DNA of 63,253 nt, counting the filler, from Octopus bimaculoides (lineage: Eukaryota), in NCBI RefSeq assembly GCF_001194135.2. It is 8 parts of 8 records of this genome, joined end to end, with 100 filler letters (N's around TTAATTAATTAA, not from the genome) between each part and the next. Parts side by side here need not be neighbours in the genome. Positions count along the whole stretch, not along the records: positions 31,331 to 51,148 come from NC_068982.1; positions 51,249 to 54,425 come from NC_068994.1; 6 more parts are not named here. One strand, given 5' to 3'. Below, one piece after another: positions 38,707 to 51,935 of this stretch. How positions within the stretch are numbered: position 1 is the stretch's first letter; each line of letters opens with the position of its first letter. Both the position numbers and the translations under genes were made by a program. The notes under the pieces are model-generated. The model was not told where the DNA came from and made no database searches. It was given only the letters and a program-made list of their open reading frames with translations.

Positions 38707-38839
38707 CAACAACAACAGCTAACAATAAAGAAGCACATAAAACAAATACCAGGGAGACGGTGTGACTATAAACAATGCAATTCTTTAAAAACTATATGTA
38801 CAGTTCACATATCAACGTATAAACACACACATACACGCA

Positions 38840-38918
<79 letters not shown>

Positions 38919-39054
38919 GCACATATATATATATACACACACATACATAGTTTACTGAAACTGAAAGTTTACTTCAAGAATCGAGTTTCATGCTACTGTA
39001 CTCTACAGGCAAGAACTGTTACAGCTCGGTTTGGTGGAAAATTTATTTATATAG

Positions 39055-39177
39055 TTGGCAGCTAAGATCAAGGAGGTGTTTGAAAATCTTCCGAGGGACA
39101 CAGTGAGGAACGCATGCTCTAGGTTTCGTAGCTCTCTGGAGGCCGTGAAGGAAGCTGATGGCGGTTACTTTCAGTAA
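39055..39177 (+). mobile_element. Tc1/mariner-superfamily transposase C-terminal fragment
   Basis: AKIKEVFENLPRDTVRNACSRFRSSLEAVKEADGGYFQ*, similar to the end of the 58194-58612 element. Confidence 0.75.
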
Positions 39178-39289
39178 ATTGCTATCTCTCAGCCATAATC
39201 TAGTTAGTATCTGTGTTCAGTTTTTAAACTACTTTTATAATAGTTTCTTGTGCTGAGGATATACTAAACAATGTATTATAACACGTCCG

Positions 39290-39990
39290 ACATCTAGGTA
39301 CAGTCATCAGGCACAGCCTGATAACGAACTGAAAATAACGAACTGAAAATTGAATGAGAGAAGAAACGAGAAAAGGTGAAAAGGAAGTAAAAAGAAAAAA
39401 TGGAAAGTTAAAAATCCAGAAAACGAAAAAGTAATCAGAAATAAAAGAGGAAAAAGTGTTAACTCCCTTAGGCCATAAGCTATAAGGCTGGAAAAATAGT
39501 GACTTAGAGTTTATGGTACAAGTTAATCAGATATTGGTGAAACTACCCAATTCTCCAATAGGAACTTAGGCATATGTTCACAACCGCTAAAAATTTCAGA
39601 TCTAGAGTTCAGCAGTGAGTTGACGATCTTAGATCTGAAAAGGATCTGAGCACTTTCAGCTAAGAATAGCTTGCATTTTTTTGATCCATTAACATAAGGT
39701 CGGGATTTTTCGATTCTTTTCCACTTTATCGTATGTGGTGTTGCGTTAGACTTTAAACTCCATTCTTAGCTAGCCAACTTAGTAGCTTTGCCTTTGTACT
39801 TACGTCGGAAGGAAGCTATGTGTTTAGCATAGTGATTTGAGAATTCCCCTTTATATAGATCAATATAGGTCTTCTTATCGGTTGTGTTATCATCTTCTGC
39901 CGCATATATGACAGGTTCAGTCATGCATCGCTGGTCAAGTGTACAGGTTCCTGGGTCTCGGCAGTTACAACTGGATTTAGGCTTTTGGGT
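39290..39990 (-). mobile_element. Penelope-like element 3' part: GIY-YIG endonuclease pseudogene, 3' UTR and decayed hammerhead-like motif
   Basis: CNCRDPGTCTLDQRCMTEPVIYAAEDDNTTDKKTYIDLYKGEFSNHYAKHIASFRRK..KATKLAS*EWSLK..IKW..RSEIFSGCEHMPKFLL; CTGATGA on the minus strand at 39304-39310. Confidence 0.88.
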
Positions 39991-40164
39991 GTTGACTTCG
40001 TGTAATGACAGGTAGGGCCAAAGGAGGCCCTACAAGTTATTTATAATAATAAGTGGCGTTATATCAGGGGGTTGAAAGTATGACGCGTACAATATTAAAT
40101 ATGCTAAGACAACCTGAAAACAATGGAAACTTTTAAACATTTACTGGTTTTTATGAAATTTTTG

Positions 40165-40318
40165 GGTTAACGGACTTGAGTTAATGGACGCTAAATGTAA
40201 CGGAAGTTAATTAGTCTGATAATGAATTTCAAAATTAACTTAAAAGTTAAATCGTTAACGAAAATGCTAACTTCGTTAATTAACGATTAACGGATTAACG
40301 GACTTAAGCCCAACTCAG
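40165..40318. mobile_element. Probable DNA-transposon end with clustered TTAACG(GA) subterminal repeats
   Basis: Multiple TTAACG/TTAACGGA motifs ending ..TTAAGCCCAACTC; partner end not found. Confidence 0.35.
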
Positions 40319-40363
40319 TATACACACACACACACACACGCACATACACACGCACACACACAC

Positions 40364-40405
<42 letters not shown>

Positions 40406-40424
40406 AAACACATGTGTAGTCTTT

Positions 40425-40999
40425 TATTCTTTTACTTGTTTGAGTCATTTGATTGCGGCCATGCTGGAGTACCGCCTTAAAGAGTTTTAGTCGAACAAAT
40501 CGACCCTAGGATTTATTCTTTGTAAGCCAAGTACTTATTCTATCGGTGTCTTTTGCCGAACTGTTAAGCTATAGGGACGTAAACACACCAACATCGTTTG
40601 TCAAGTGATGGTGGAGGGGACAAACATAANNNNNNNNNNNNNNNNNNNNNNNNNNNNNNNNNNNNNNNNNNNNNNNNNNNNNNNNNNNNNNNNNNNNNNN
40701 NNNNNNNNNNNNNNNNNNNNNNNNNNNNNNNNNNNNNNNNNNNNNNNNNNNNNNNNNNNNNNNNNNNNNNNNNNNNNNNNNNNNNNNNNNNNNNNNNNNN
40801 NNNNNNNNNNNNNNNNNNNNNNNNNNNNNNNNNNNNNNNNNNNNNNNNNNNNNNNNNNNNNNNNNNNNNNNNNNNNNNAAGACTTTGACCGACCCGAGGT
40901 TATAGTAGAAGACACTTGTTCAAAGGGCTACGCAGTGGGACTGAACCCAGAACCATGTGGTTGGGAAGCAAGCTTCTTACAACACAACCACGCTTGCGC

Positions 41000-41002
<3 letters not shown>
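40425..41002 (-). mobile_element. SINE family B, full length with central microsatellite lost in an N gap
   Basis: 3' half at 40425-40630; head at 40880-41002 with reverse complement GGCGCAAGCGTGGTTGTGTTGTAAGAAGCTTGCTTCCCAACCACATGGTTCTGGGTTCAGTCCCACTGCG and CORE-like CCCTTTGAACAAGTGTCTTCTACTATAACCTC. Confidence 0.8.
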
Positions 41003-41045
<43 letters not shown>

Positions 41046-43762
41046 GCACACACACAGCGTTCTGTGTATCTTAACATTACTGTGGAAACCAGAAAAATGC
41101 AGTATTTGTCTGGAGAGACATCTCGTATAAACGTATAACGCTATTAAACTCAGAATTATATCAGTAGAAGACGAAAAGGGCCCGACAGCGGCGGTGGAAT
41201 TGTTAAATTTAGGGTTCTGCTTCTTTGAGCCTCATCAGTAGAAGTGACCCCTATCAACTGCATGCTTAGACAAATTTAGCTGTTATTGACATAGAAAAGC
41301 AGTGAGTAACAAACCACTGCTATTGCCAACAAATAACTGGTGTTGCGGTTAGACTGAGTAAAAAAATTCGTTATTAGTGACGGAGGCTGTATCAGTTCCA
41401 AATAGCATTTTGTATATCTTACCGAACGTGGATATATTATAGAAAACAGAAAACTGTAGTATTAGTCTCGAGAAAGCTTCTCGTATAGACGTATAGTACT
41501 GAAACCTTAGACGTGTTTCAGTAGCAAGCAGAAAGCGTCCAGCAACGGCGATGGAATCGCTAGACCCAGATTTTTGCTTCTTTCAGCGTCTTCAGCAGCA
41601 ATTATCCATTAGCTTTCCATGTCAATTAAGATATGCATAATGCTATTTTGCACTAAAACTGCTTCCGTCGCTAATAAGGAACTTTTACCCTGCCAGTGGT
41701 TATCAGAGATTTGTTAATCACTGTTTTTCTTTATAAGTACAGGCTAATATTTTCGAAGTCTGCGGTTGCATGTATGTATGTATGTATGTATGTATGTATG
41801 TGTGTGTGTATGTATGTGTGTGTGTATGCATGTATGTATGTATGTTTGTATGTATGTATCTATCAATATATATATATATATATCTGTACATGTCATATAT
41901 ATGCACACACACACAACACACACATGTTTATATACAATATACATACATATGTATATGTGTGCGCGCGCGCGCGTTTATGTATCTGTGTGTGGGTATGTCT
42001 CTATGTGAGTGTGTATGTGTTTCTAATTTTTATATAAGATGGGTATATTTTCATTATATGTTTCGTTTCAGTAAATTTCAGCTTTTGAAATTCGGTATTT
42101 CACTGTTCTGAGATCGGACTTTTAATTGAAGTGGTGTTTATCCTTAACTAAAGATTTGGCTGCTTCCGTTGTTGCCGTCTATCTAATCCTAGGCCACCCT
42201 GATCAAGTCGATCTATAACCAAAGTTGTTCCAGCCATGAACATCCTATCTTTTACTCAGATTCATAATTTTTTTTTCACGATGGTTAGGTATGATAAAAA
42301 GTTTTGACTGCTATTTCTAACAGATCAAATAATCACGTAGAATTTCCTTTGTTGGTTTGTGTAGCCTGGTGTCGTTGTTGGAGGAAATGCCACAGACTAC
42401 AGCACTAATAATGGATCTGTCATTTATATGACGTGACTTCTTGACTTAGACACAAAGATTTATTCCTAGGCCAATATTGTTACAATATAAAGTTCCTTGT
42501 TAGATACTATATGAGACACAATGCCACTGATAATATGCAACATTTTCTGACAGATAATTAAGATATATAATAACTTCAGAATAACAATTTTTAATAGTTT
42601 GTAATATATTTATCAAAAACTAAATATATTTTTTGTAGAATTAGTATATTGATTTCCTACATTCAGTTAAGGCAATAAATTTGTAGTTATTGGGATATGG
42701 GCCCGTGAATCAAAACAATTACCTAGCTCATTAGGATTGAAAGGCAAAATCGATCTCCGATGAAATTCGAACTTAGAACGTAAAGGATTTAGTCTAAGTT
42801 TTGAATATTTTGCCCGGTGTTTTACCAATCTGACACTTCCTGCTTTACCAGATTAAATGTATGTACATATGAAATCCAAAATAACAGAGTCCATGATATC
42901 TCAATCAAAAGCAGAGGAAGATAATGTGGTGATAGTTGTGGGGGAGAAAGTGGCAATTTACAGAAACAGAGATACAGGTCAGCAAAGAGAGAGAGAGAAG
43001 TAGAAAAAGAAAGACAAAGAGTATCTTTGGTTCTGAATGAAAGAAAGCACTGCTGAGACTACAAATGAGGAAATTAAGTTTTAACGAGCTACAGAAGCAT
43101 GAGGTAATTGTGCTTATTTCTAGACTCGGTACTGAAAAGCGTAAAGCAGATGATGGAAGAATGCTCACCCGGCGAGAATGTGATTTTGTCTCAGAAAATA
43201 TTCTCAAGAAATCTTGTATTTTTGACAGATGAATTAACTGACGCATGCAAAAATAAAATATCCTGTTAGAAATAACAGGCAAAATTCCTTCAGATCACAT
43301 TCTACTGTTTTATAAATGTAATGTTGGCCAATGTAGTCGCAGATACGCAAAAAGAGGAGGTGGCCATGGATGGAATGCTTTTGTTTATAGGCCTGCTCGA
43401 CCCGGGCTAACACGGGGGTTAAATAAACCACCACCACCACCACCAGTCTTGGTTGAGAAAACCAATTGTGTCCTTCGGAAAATTGTTATTGGAGGCTTAT
43501 CTTTTTGAATAAGAGACCGATAAAGTAGTTTTGTTCAGGGTAATACGAGAAAGTTGTTAATTAGTCTGCACATGGAGCCAGGTAGAGCAAACTTATACCC
43601 AAAAGCCTTAAAGCCATTACATCGTGTTTTCAAGATTAGAGAATTCAGACTACATTTCAACGTAAGGTGCAGTTTGAGGAAGAGTGTAACGCAAGTGATA
43701 TTTGGCTGCTATTTCTATCCGGCTAGGTAAGCACGTAGTGTCCAACATTGGTTCGACAAGAA

Positions 43763-44419
43763 GGCAACGAGCTGGAAGAAAATTTAGCACGCTGGGCGAA
43801 ATGCTTAGCAGTGTTTCGTCTGCCGTGATGTTCTGAGTTCAAATTCTGCCGAGGTCGACTTTGCCTTTCCTCCTTTCGGGGTCGATAAATTAAGTACCAG
43901 TTACGCACTGGGGTCGGGCCAATGTAATCGACTTAATCCCTTTGTCTGTCCTTGTTTGTCCCCTCTATGTTTAGCCCCTTGTGGACAATAAAGAAATAAG
44001 AAACATTAGCACGCCAGGTGAAATGTTTAGCGGTATTTCGTCTGTCTTTACGTTCTGAGTTCAAATCCCGCCGAGGTCGACTTTGCCATTCATCCTTTCG
44101 GGGTCGATAAATTAAGTACCAGTTGTGTACTGGGCCNNNNNNNNNNNNNNNNNNNNNNNNNNNNNNNNNNNNNNNNNNNNNNNNNNNNNNNNNNNNNNNN
44201 NNNNNNNNNNNNNNNNNNNNNNNNNNNNNNNNNNNNNNNNNNNNNNNNNNNNNNNNNNNNNNNNNNTTTCGGGCCTTGGAAATTCAATATAAAAGACAAG
44301 CCAAAAGAACATTAAAATTTTTTTTATAGAAACTTTAAGCTTGAGAGTTGAATCATATTCTTCCTGAGCTTTTAATGTCTGGTATTTTATGCTCTTTATT
44401 TCCACTGTGAGGAGATTTG
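43763..44419 (+). repeat. SINE-A dimer plus ~150-bp unique flank, copy 1 of a local duplication
   Basis: Same dimer junction (AATAAAGAAATAAGAAACATTAGCACGCCAGGTGAAATGTTTAGCGG) and same 3' flank ending GTGAGGAGATTTG as 47193-47743. Confidence 0.85.
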
Positions 44420-46429
44420 TGCCTAGAGTAGAAAAAAAAAAGAAGAAAGATGATGGAAGATTTGGAGCATCATAGTAAATGCTTAACTTACTGAATTTAG
44501 TCGTGTCTCTGTTCAGTCTGAGTTCAAATGCTGGTCTTGACATGAACGAGTTTCATCCGTTCAGAAGCAATAGATTAAATACCAGTAACATATTGCAACT
44601 AATTCTTTTGGCTGTAACTCTACTGTACAAATTGACATAATGTTGTACTTGAGGAAATGGATACTATACGCCGTTTTGTAATTGATAAGAAATGTTTAAA
44701 TACAGAAACAGACTTAAGATGAAAAACGGCGAAACTGGGTTTTTCTTTCAGAGATTAACAATAGTCTGACAAATTTAGGGAAAAGTAAAAATTATTCTTT
44801 GTTTCCTATCAAAGCTACGTGCACTTGACTACTTAACTTCACTTAGGCCATTAATATTCTCGCGAAAGCATGACTGAACTAATTCTCTACTAAAATAAAG
44901 GCATTTAGTGCAGATTCAGAAAAGAAACAAGTATATTCTTTTATTTGTTTCAGTCATTTGACTGCGGCCATAATTGAGAGCATCGCCTTAAATATAAAAT
45001 CAAAATTGTACAAAATTATATGAAACGCCGTATTTTTCTAAATACCAATTGTTAAAAATATCTATTTCTTGTGTAGAAATTCTTTTATATATTTTTGTTT
45101 TGCTATTATGATAAATGAGAAAAGCAGTATTAGATTATTCATTCATATCCAGAATATTTAAATCCAAAGATAAGATTTATGTTTTTTGCTTTCTGTCTAA
45201 AGAAGGAGAATTACTAGCAGGATTAGCATTCCTTTTCTACCTGTTATGCTGATATCAATAAATATTTCGAAGCGATTATTTATCAATTACTTCACTTGTA
45301 TAAAACTATTTAAGTTAATTATTGAAGTGAGGAGAAATATTTTAGCGAGGATTTTATTCTAACCGATTCTAGAGACCATTACGTTGAAATATAGGTTTAA
45401 CATATTATATCCAATTGATCTATCACAAATCGGAAATTAATATCCTTTTATCAGATACAAAGGGAAATGCGTTGCCCAGACAGGAAAAGGAAACGGATTT
45501 AATGAGATTATTTCTTGTGCACGTTTTAAAAACATTACTCAAAAGTTTAAAACTTCGTAATGAGCATAATAGAGAAAGTGTAATGCCTGAAGAACATGTT
45601 GTTTTGCTCTATTAGTCACGAATAGGGGAGTATGGCTGCGTCATTGATTGATATGAAAGAAAAAAATAACTTGGTGCGTATTTGAACATAATTATTTTCC
45701 TCTAAAGGTCAATATTAAATTAGGATCCATAAATATTTCTTATTTTTTAATGGATGAATTATATATCTTTTTTTCTTCATTCCGTTGGGAACGGATAATG
45801 AGCATGCATTTCGCTTACTTTCAAGTCAAATAGTGCCACCATTTCCTTAACCTGAGTCAAAACAAAACTTAAAATGTGCCAAGATTGTTTTATAAGATAA
45901 ATCAGACACACACCTATTAAAAAGAAATTTGTCAAGACCTCTTCCCAAATGACAAAAGAAATTCAGGCCTGTCTTTGTTTGAGGGACCTCGTACATTTTC
46001 GGTAAAATCAAACATTGGAGATTTTTGCCTAGAAAAATCAGACACATAAAAAATTTCCTACTTGAGGAAACTGCTTATGAGATCTTTCTCCGGTGGAAAC
46101 ATCTGCGCTGGAACAATTCCTTCTTTTAAGTTTTAAACTTCGTATTATTAATTTTTTCAGAAGAACTAGGTCACACTTAATTATAGGAAACTATTTACAA
46201 ATATTTAACAAAAAATAGTATAGAGTTTGTTTGTATTTTCACAGAAATAATTGGGTAGATTTTCGGTCAAGAATTTATAACAGAATTAGCAGCAGCAATT
46301 GGATTAAGAAGATAATCAAATAAGGAATGCAAGTCGTTAATGTAAAATATGGAAAAAAAAAAAGGTTAAAAAAAAATCACTAAAGATACTCAACAAAATT
46401 TTTCTCAAATCAGTTTAACATACATTTTA

Positions 46430-46882
46430 ATGGGTGTGGATGTGTGGTAAGAAGTTTGCTTCCGAACCATGTGGTTCCGGGTTCAGACTCATTGCGTGGC
46501 ACCTTGAGCAAGTTTCTATTTCTATAACCAAAGAAAGTTGCAGTTTTACCTTGTATTTCTATATTTCGGGGCTATAACCCTTCTTCAGGGCATTTGGAAA
46601 AGCGAGGGACGGAAAAGTCGTAGCACAGAATATGTATGTATGTATGTATGTGTGTGTGAGCGTGTGTCTCTTTGTGTTTGTGTTTGCCCCTCACTGCCGC
46701 TTGACAACCAGTGTTGGTGTGCTTATGTCCCTATAACTTAGCGTTTCAGCAACAGAAACCGATTGTATAAGTACTAGGCTTAAAAAATACATAGATACTG
46801 GGCTCGATTTGTTTGACAAAAATTCCTCAAGGTAGTACCCAGCATGGCCGCAGACGAATGACTGATTCAAGTAAAAGATTAA
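46430..46882 (+). mobile_element. SINE family B with internal (TATG/TG)n
   Basis: Head GGATGTGTGGTAAGAAGTTTGCTTCCGAACCATGTGGTTCCGGGTTCAG, CORE-like GCACCTTGAGCAAG, 3' CAGCATGGCCGCAGACGAATGACTGATTCAAGTAAAAG. Confidence 0.8.
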
Positions 46883-47192
46883 GAAACACAACGGCTCATC
46901 TGAAGATGTATCAAATTCAAAGATAGCAATATTATAAACCATTGAAGAAAATCCAGACCAAAATAGGCTGAAATTAGTTGTAGTGCTTATATTTGTTTTT
47001 ACAAAAGCAATAAAAGATAGCATTTCTCAAGTTTTTGATACAAATTCATTAAGCAGATAAAATACTCTTCGTGAGAACGTGCTTATTTACATTTGCACAA
47101 CAAATCAAGTCTTGGTTTAATATATGCTAATAGTGATCTCAAGACAAGATCAATGTTCATAATACTTTTTGTTTTAATATCAGTCAACATCA

Positions 47193-47743
47193 GGCGGCGA
47201 GCTGGTAGAAACGTTAGCACGCCGGGCGAAATGCTTAGCGGTGTTACGTTCTGAGTTCAAATTCCGCCGAGGTCGACTTTGCCTTTCATCCTTTCGGGGT
47301 CGATAAATTAAGTATCAGTTACGCACTGGGGTCGATGTAATCGATTTAATCCCTTTGTATGTCCTTGTTTGTCCCCTCTATGTTTAGCCCATTGTGGGCA
47401 ATAAAAAAATAAGAAACATTAGCACGCCAGGTGAAATGTTTAGCGGTATTTCGTCTGTCTTTACGTTCTGAGTTCAAATTCCGCCGAGGTCGACTTTGCC
47501 ATTCATCCTTTCCGNNNNNNNNNNTAAGTATCAGTTGTGTACTGGGGGCCGATCTAAACGAATCTACCCCCCCCACCCAAAAAAAAATTTCGGCTTGGAA
47601 ATTCAATATAAACGACAAGTAAAAAAAAAAAAAACATTAAAATTTTTTTATAGGAAATTTAAGCTTGAGAGTTGAATCACTTTCTTCCTGAGCTTTTAAT
47701 GTCTGGTATTTTATGCTCTTTATTTCCACTGTGAGGAGATTTG
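47193..47743 (+). repeat. SINE-A dimer plus unique flank, copy 2
   Basis: See 43763-44419. Confidence 0.85.
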
Positions 47744-47749
47744 GGATCC

Positions 47750-50139
47750 AATCCAATTGATTATTATCTAATTCTGCCAAAACTATTTCTGGAATTTGAT
47801 TTCTCGCCTTTCGAAATGATCAATTGTTTATTATTTGATCAAAATTCAATGAATTAAAAAAAATAAAATCATTCGTAAATGAGAATATTTCTAATCCATC
47901 ATTTTCTATTTAGCATTTCTATATATGTTTTATTTAACGAAAATTTTGAATTTCAGAAATAAATAGTAAATTTTCAAAAATATTCGACAAATAGCATTAT
48001 TTGCATAACCAATCTTCTTCGTAAGGCATTTTAGTTGAATCTGAATTTCTTTTAGTCATAATAACTATTTTAAAGCTCACCCATTTGAGAATCATCACAC
48101 TTCTCAATAAAAATTCACTGTTATTTGCTTAGAAGCGACTATTGAGTGCACAACTTTTAACAGCGTTAATTTCAATTGAAGCTTATATCACTACATTTTG
48201 ATCCGCAGAAAATTTCTTAGACATTAACACATTTTGGTAATCATGCAATGAGTGAAAATAATAGCATTTTTGCGAACTGGTTACCATGCAATCTAATTTT
48301 ACTTCTTGTCACGGCTGCTATACCATGAATACGTATTTCAACTTAGTCATTCCATTGAAAGCCTAAATCACTGAAAAAAGTCGTCCGTTTGTTTTGAAAA
48401 GTAATTTCATTAATAGTACTTCACCAAGGTCAGCAAGTCTTCGTGAACACTACTCATATAATAATGTCCGACATAATCCAATAATGGTGCTGAGTTTTGA
48501 TGTCAGTAATGTTAGCCAATTGAATTGCAAATTTACACTGTTAAAAAATTTTTTGCAATAAGTTGCTCGAAATGGACATTGTTAATTTCTGAAATATGAC
48601 TACCAATAGTATTATTTGACAGAGGAACTTTCCTTAATTCATCAATATACTTTTTCTATGACTAATTTCTTCCAGTTTAATTGCTGCTGACACAAGTTCT
48701 ATGGTTTTTAGATCTTGCATTTTAAAAAAGCAGCTTCAAAAATATTTTCAAGTACTTTGTTATGACTATAGAGTGTATGTGATTCTGAAGATTGCAATAG
48801 CTTTTTCATGAATTTCTTTAGGCTTTCTGGGTGGAATTAATAATTCTTTAAGATATTGTTTCCGTCACCAAATAATCGTTACAAATTAAGCAAAAAAATA
48901 TTTCATTATTTTTCAAAATAAAAGTGTATCACAATGCAGATAAGATTCGTTCTATTTCCTCATTTTGGTGCAAAATTGCGTTATAACCTAGATGTCTATT
49001 TATTTGTGATTTTATGGTAATCCTTGATGTTTGTGGCACCTCAGTGACATCCTTGTCATCATTTTCTACGGATTTATACTTGTATAAATTCAGCTGATCC
49101 ATGGGAAAATATATCGCTTATGCATTTAAAAAATAAAAATTACTGCGGCAATTCTTGGGTAGGCCACAACGATCTCACTCAGTAACTGAACTGATTTGGG
49201 GTTATTCACAGTTGAAAGCAATGATTTTTATTTTTACAGAACTGATAAAAGGGTTTATATATTTTCTTGATTTTTCCTAACTAGTACTTTTATAAATGAA
49301 TAAGTTTATTACTACAGATTAAATTTAAAACAAAATATCTTCCAAATACTTTATATAAATAGATTCCCAAGGTTTCTCGAATAACTTTCAGAAATAAAAA
49401 TCATACTTATAATTTTTTTTCATTTCGAATATAATTTCCCCCTCAGTCATTGCTGCTAAAAATAAGGAACTTCAAAAGACGCTGTTAAGTATCAGTAAGA
49501 TATTGTTATCAATTCCTTTTACTACAAAACGAATTAGGTAGAATAATTTTACACAAATAAATTTGTTTTAATACAAATAATTTTTAACAGTAATTATTTA
49601 TCAATATCTGATAATGTACTTTAATTCGAACTATTTTTGATGTAATTCAATTTCAAAATAACCGGATGTGTTCATTTCAATCGCGAAAAATATTACAACG
49701 ACGTGCGTATAATGTTAACGAGTTTTCGTATCTCGTTTCATTAAATTTTGTGAAACAGGATAGGAAAACTCATTAAGCATTATAATTTGTCGAAAGAAGT
49801 GCCTGTAAGCGGCTTCACGTGTTATACTTATCTATAATTTCATCTGAGTTCATGATGCAAAAACGTGAATTTAAATTGCAAATTAAAATAACTTGCGATT
49901 AAAATCGAGTAGTATGAAGGCAAATATTGTAGTAAAAAAACGGTAATTTTCCGTTATCTGAAATAATTCAGAGGGAGATAGTCGCTGTGGCTGTTCTGCA
50001 ATCATATAGAATTAAAATAGGAAACGTTGTGTCATTATTTTAATATGACGGAACCTTGAATATCAAATTTTAAAATATTTCGCAAATACTCTCACGATTC
50101 CCAGAATTTTTACACGCTTCCCTACTTTGAGAACGCCTG
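47750..50139 (-). mobile_element. hAT Charlie/Buster-type transposon relic (transposase pseudogene plus 5' TIR)
   Basis: Minus-strand RKVPLSNNTIGSHISEI (PLSNNT motif), FAIQLANITD, AAVTRS (DGAxxMxG region), HCMI; terminal CAGGCGTTCTCAAAGT at 50139 next to TSD-like GACTAGAT (50140-50147). Confidence 0.8.
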
Positions 50140-50807
50140 GACTAGATAGCTAAATGTTTGGATTTTCAATTTTGATACTCAAATGTATAATTTACTGAAA
50201 TATTCCCAGAATTGTAGTTTGAAAATAAGAGGAGAACAGAAATTCATAACAGGACGAAAATATGTTATAAAGCTAACATCTGGAAATATCAATGTAATAG
50301 TATTTTGAGCAATTATTCAAACAAGTATCTTTTCAGGAACAGAAATTGTACACAGCAGAGAAACACACGTAACATTGTCAAATTAGATAACATTGATACG
50401 TTTGATTGTTAGGATATACGTCTAAAGTTAACAACATTCATCTTTACGTTTATCAATTCGTTTTGCAAGATTTTTCCTTGAAGCCCGAATGCTTATTGAA
50501 ATTGTTGGAATGGCATCTTTAAAATATTTCGTTACACTCACCAGCATGTAATGTCATGTGACAAGATCGAAAAAAGTGGAGAGATGGCAGGTTTCTTTCT
50601 TGCATCTGGTTTGTTAAGACGCAAATTTAAAGACTTATTTTCTACATATTAAATAACTCAAAGTATTAAAAGCAAACAATGTAAATGGTGCACGGAGATA
50701 GCACAAATGGTAGCTAGTAATGGTTTAAAAAAAATCTTAAACAAACCAGTGATTTCTTTCAGAAACGTAGAATATTTACAAAGATGGAAATTAAATTGTC
50801 TTTTATG

Positions 50808-51000
50808 TTTTACTTGTTATAGTCATTGAACTGCAGCCATGCAATGGCATCGCCTTCAAAATTTTACTCAACCGAATCGACCCCAGTAATTGTTTTTAAG
50901 CCTTGTACTTATTCTATTGGTCCCTTTTAAGGGACGTAAATAAGCTAACAATAGTTTCATGTAGTAGTAATTGACAAACACAAAAACCGACACACACAAC
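50808..51000 (-). mobile_element. SINE family B, 3' half
   Basis: TTTTACTTGTTATAGTCATTGAACTGCAGCCATGC..CGAATCGACCCCAGTAATTG..GTACTTATTCTATTGGTC. Confidence 0.7.
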
Positions 51001-51115
51001 TAAAGATAGACTTACACTCATGCACACACACATGCATAGAAACATGCATACAAATGCATACGCACATACATATATATATATATATATGCACACACACATA
51101 CATAGATACATGTAT

Positions 51116-51148
<33 letters not shown>

Positions 51149-51805
51149 NNNNNNNNNNNNNNNNNNNNNNNNNNNNNNNNNNNNNNNNNNNNTTAATTAA
51201 TTAANNNNNNNNNNNNNNNNNNNNNNNNNNNNNNNNNNNNNNNNNNNNTATATATAAAACAACTATGAAGGGTTGGTGACAATGGTGAAAGAACAGAATC
51301 ATTTGAGTGACAGATGAAACACCTAGTGCTGTTTAATAATGTCAGTCTATATCTATTAATCCTAAGTTCGAATCCTGATGGGGTCCTTCAATGGTTCTGA
51401 CAGAAAATGTACCAGTGAAGTACATGAACAAATCTTCTCAACTATATCCCTTGCAGAAAATGTTGTTCTTGACTTCTATAGAAGAAATCCCTATGAAATA
51501 TTTTAACAAATGTCCTCCTACCTTTCTCACTTTCTCCCTACCTGTCTTTGTGCTTGTTCTTAATCTATCTTTTTGTATCTATTAATCTTTTTCCATCCCT
51601 TATTCAGCTTTTCTTCCTTCACTTCTATTTTTATCTCCAGTACAGATTCTTGTGTATGAATGCATAAGTGCATATATACTTGTGTGTGCGCATGTGTGTG
51701 TGCATGTGTGTATGTATGTATTCATGCATGCATGTATGTATATATATGTTTATGTGTATGTACATATCTATATATATATATATACATATATATGATGAGA
51801 TATAC

Positions 51806-51845
<40 letters not shown>

Positions 51846-51853
51846 AGATATAC

Positions 51854-51889
<36 letters not shown>

Positions 51890-51902
51890 AGATATACATT
51901 TG

Positions 51903-51935
<33 letters not shown>

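Noticed and set aside
42905-43282. 125-aa minus-strand ORF, and the 73-aa ORF at 29893-30114
   Set aside because: No domain motif; the first is partly the antisense of a GA-rich tract, and neither has convincing exon context.
47193-47275. tRNA genes suggested by A/B-box motifs (many sites)
   Set aside because: All continue into SINE bodies and none gives a clean cloverleaf; they are tRNA-derived SINE heads.
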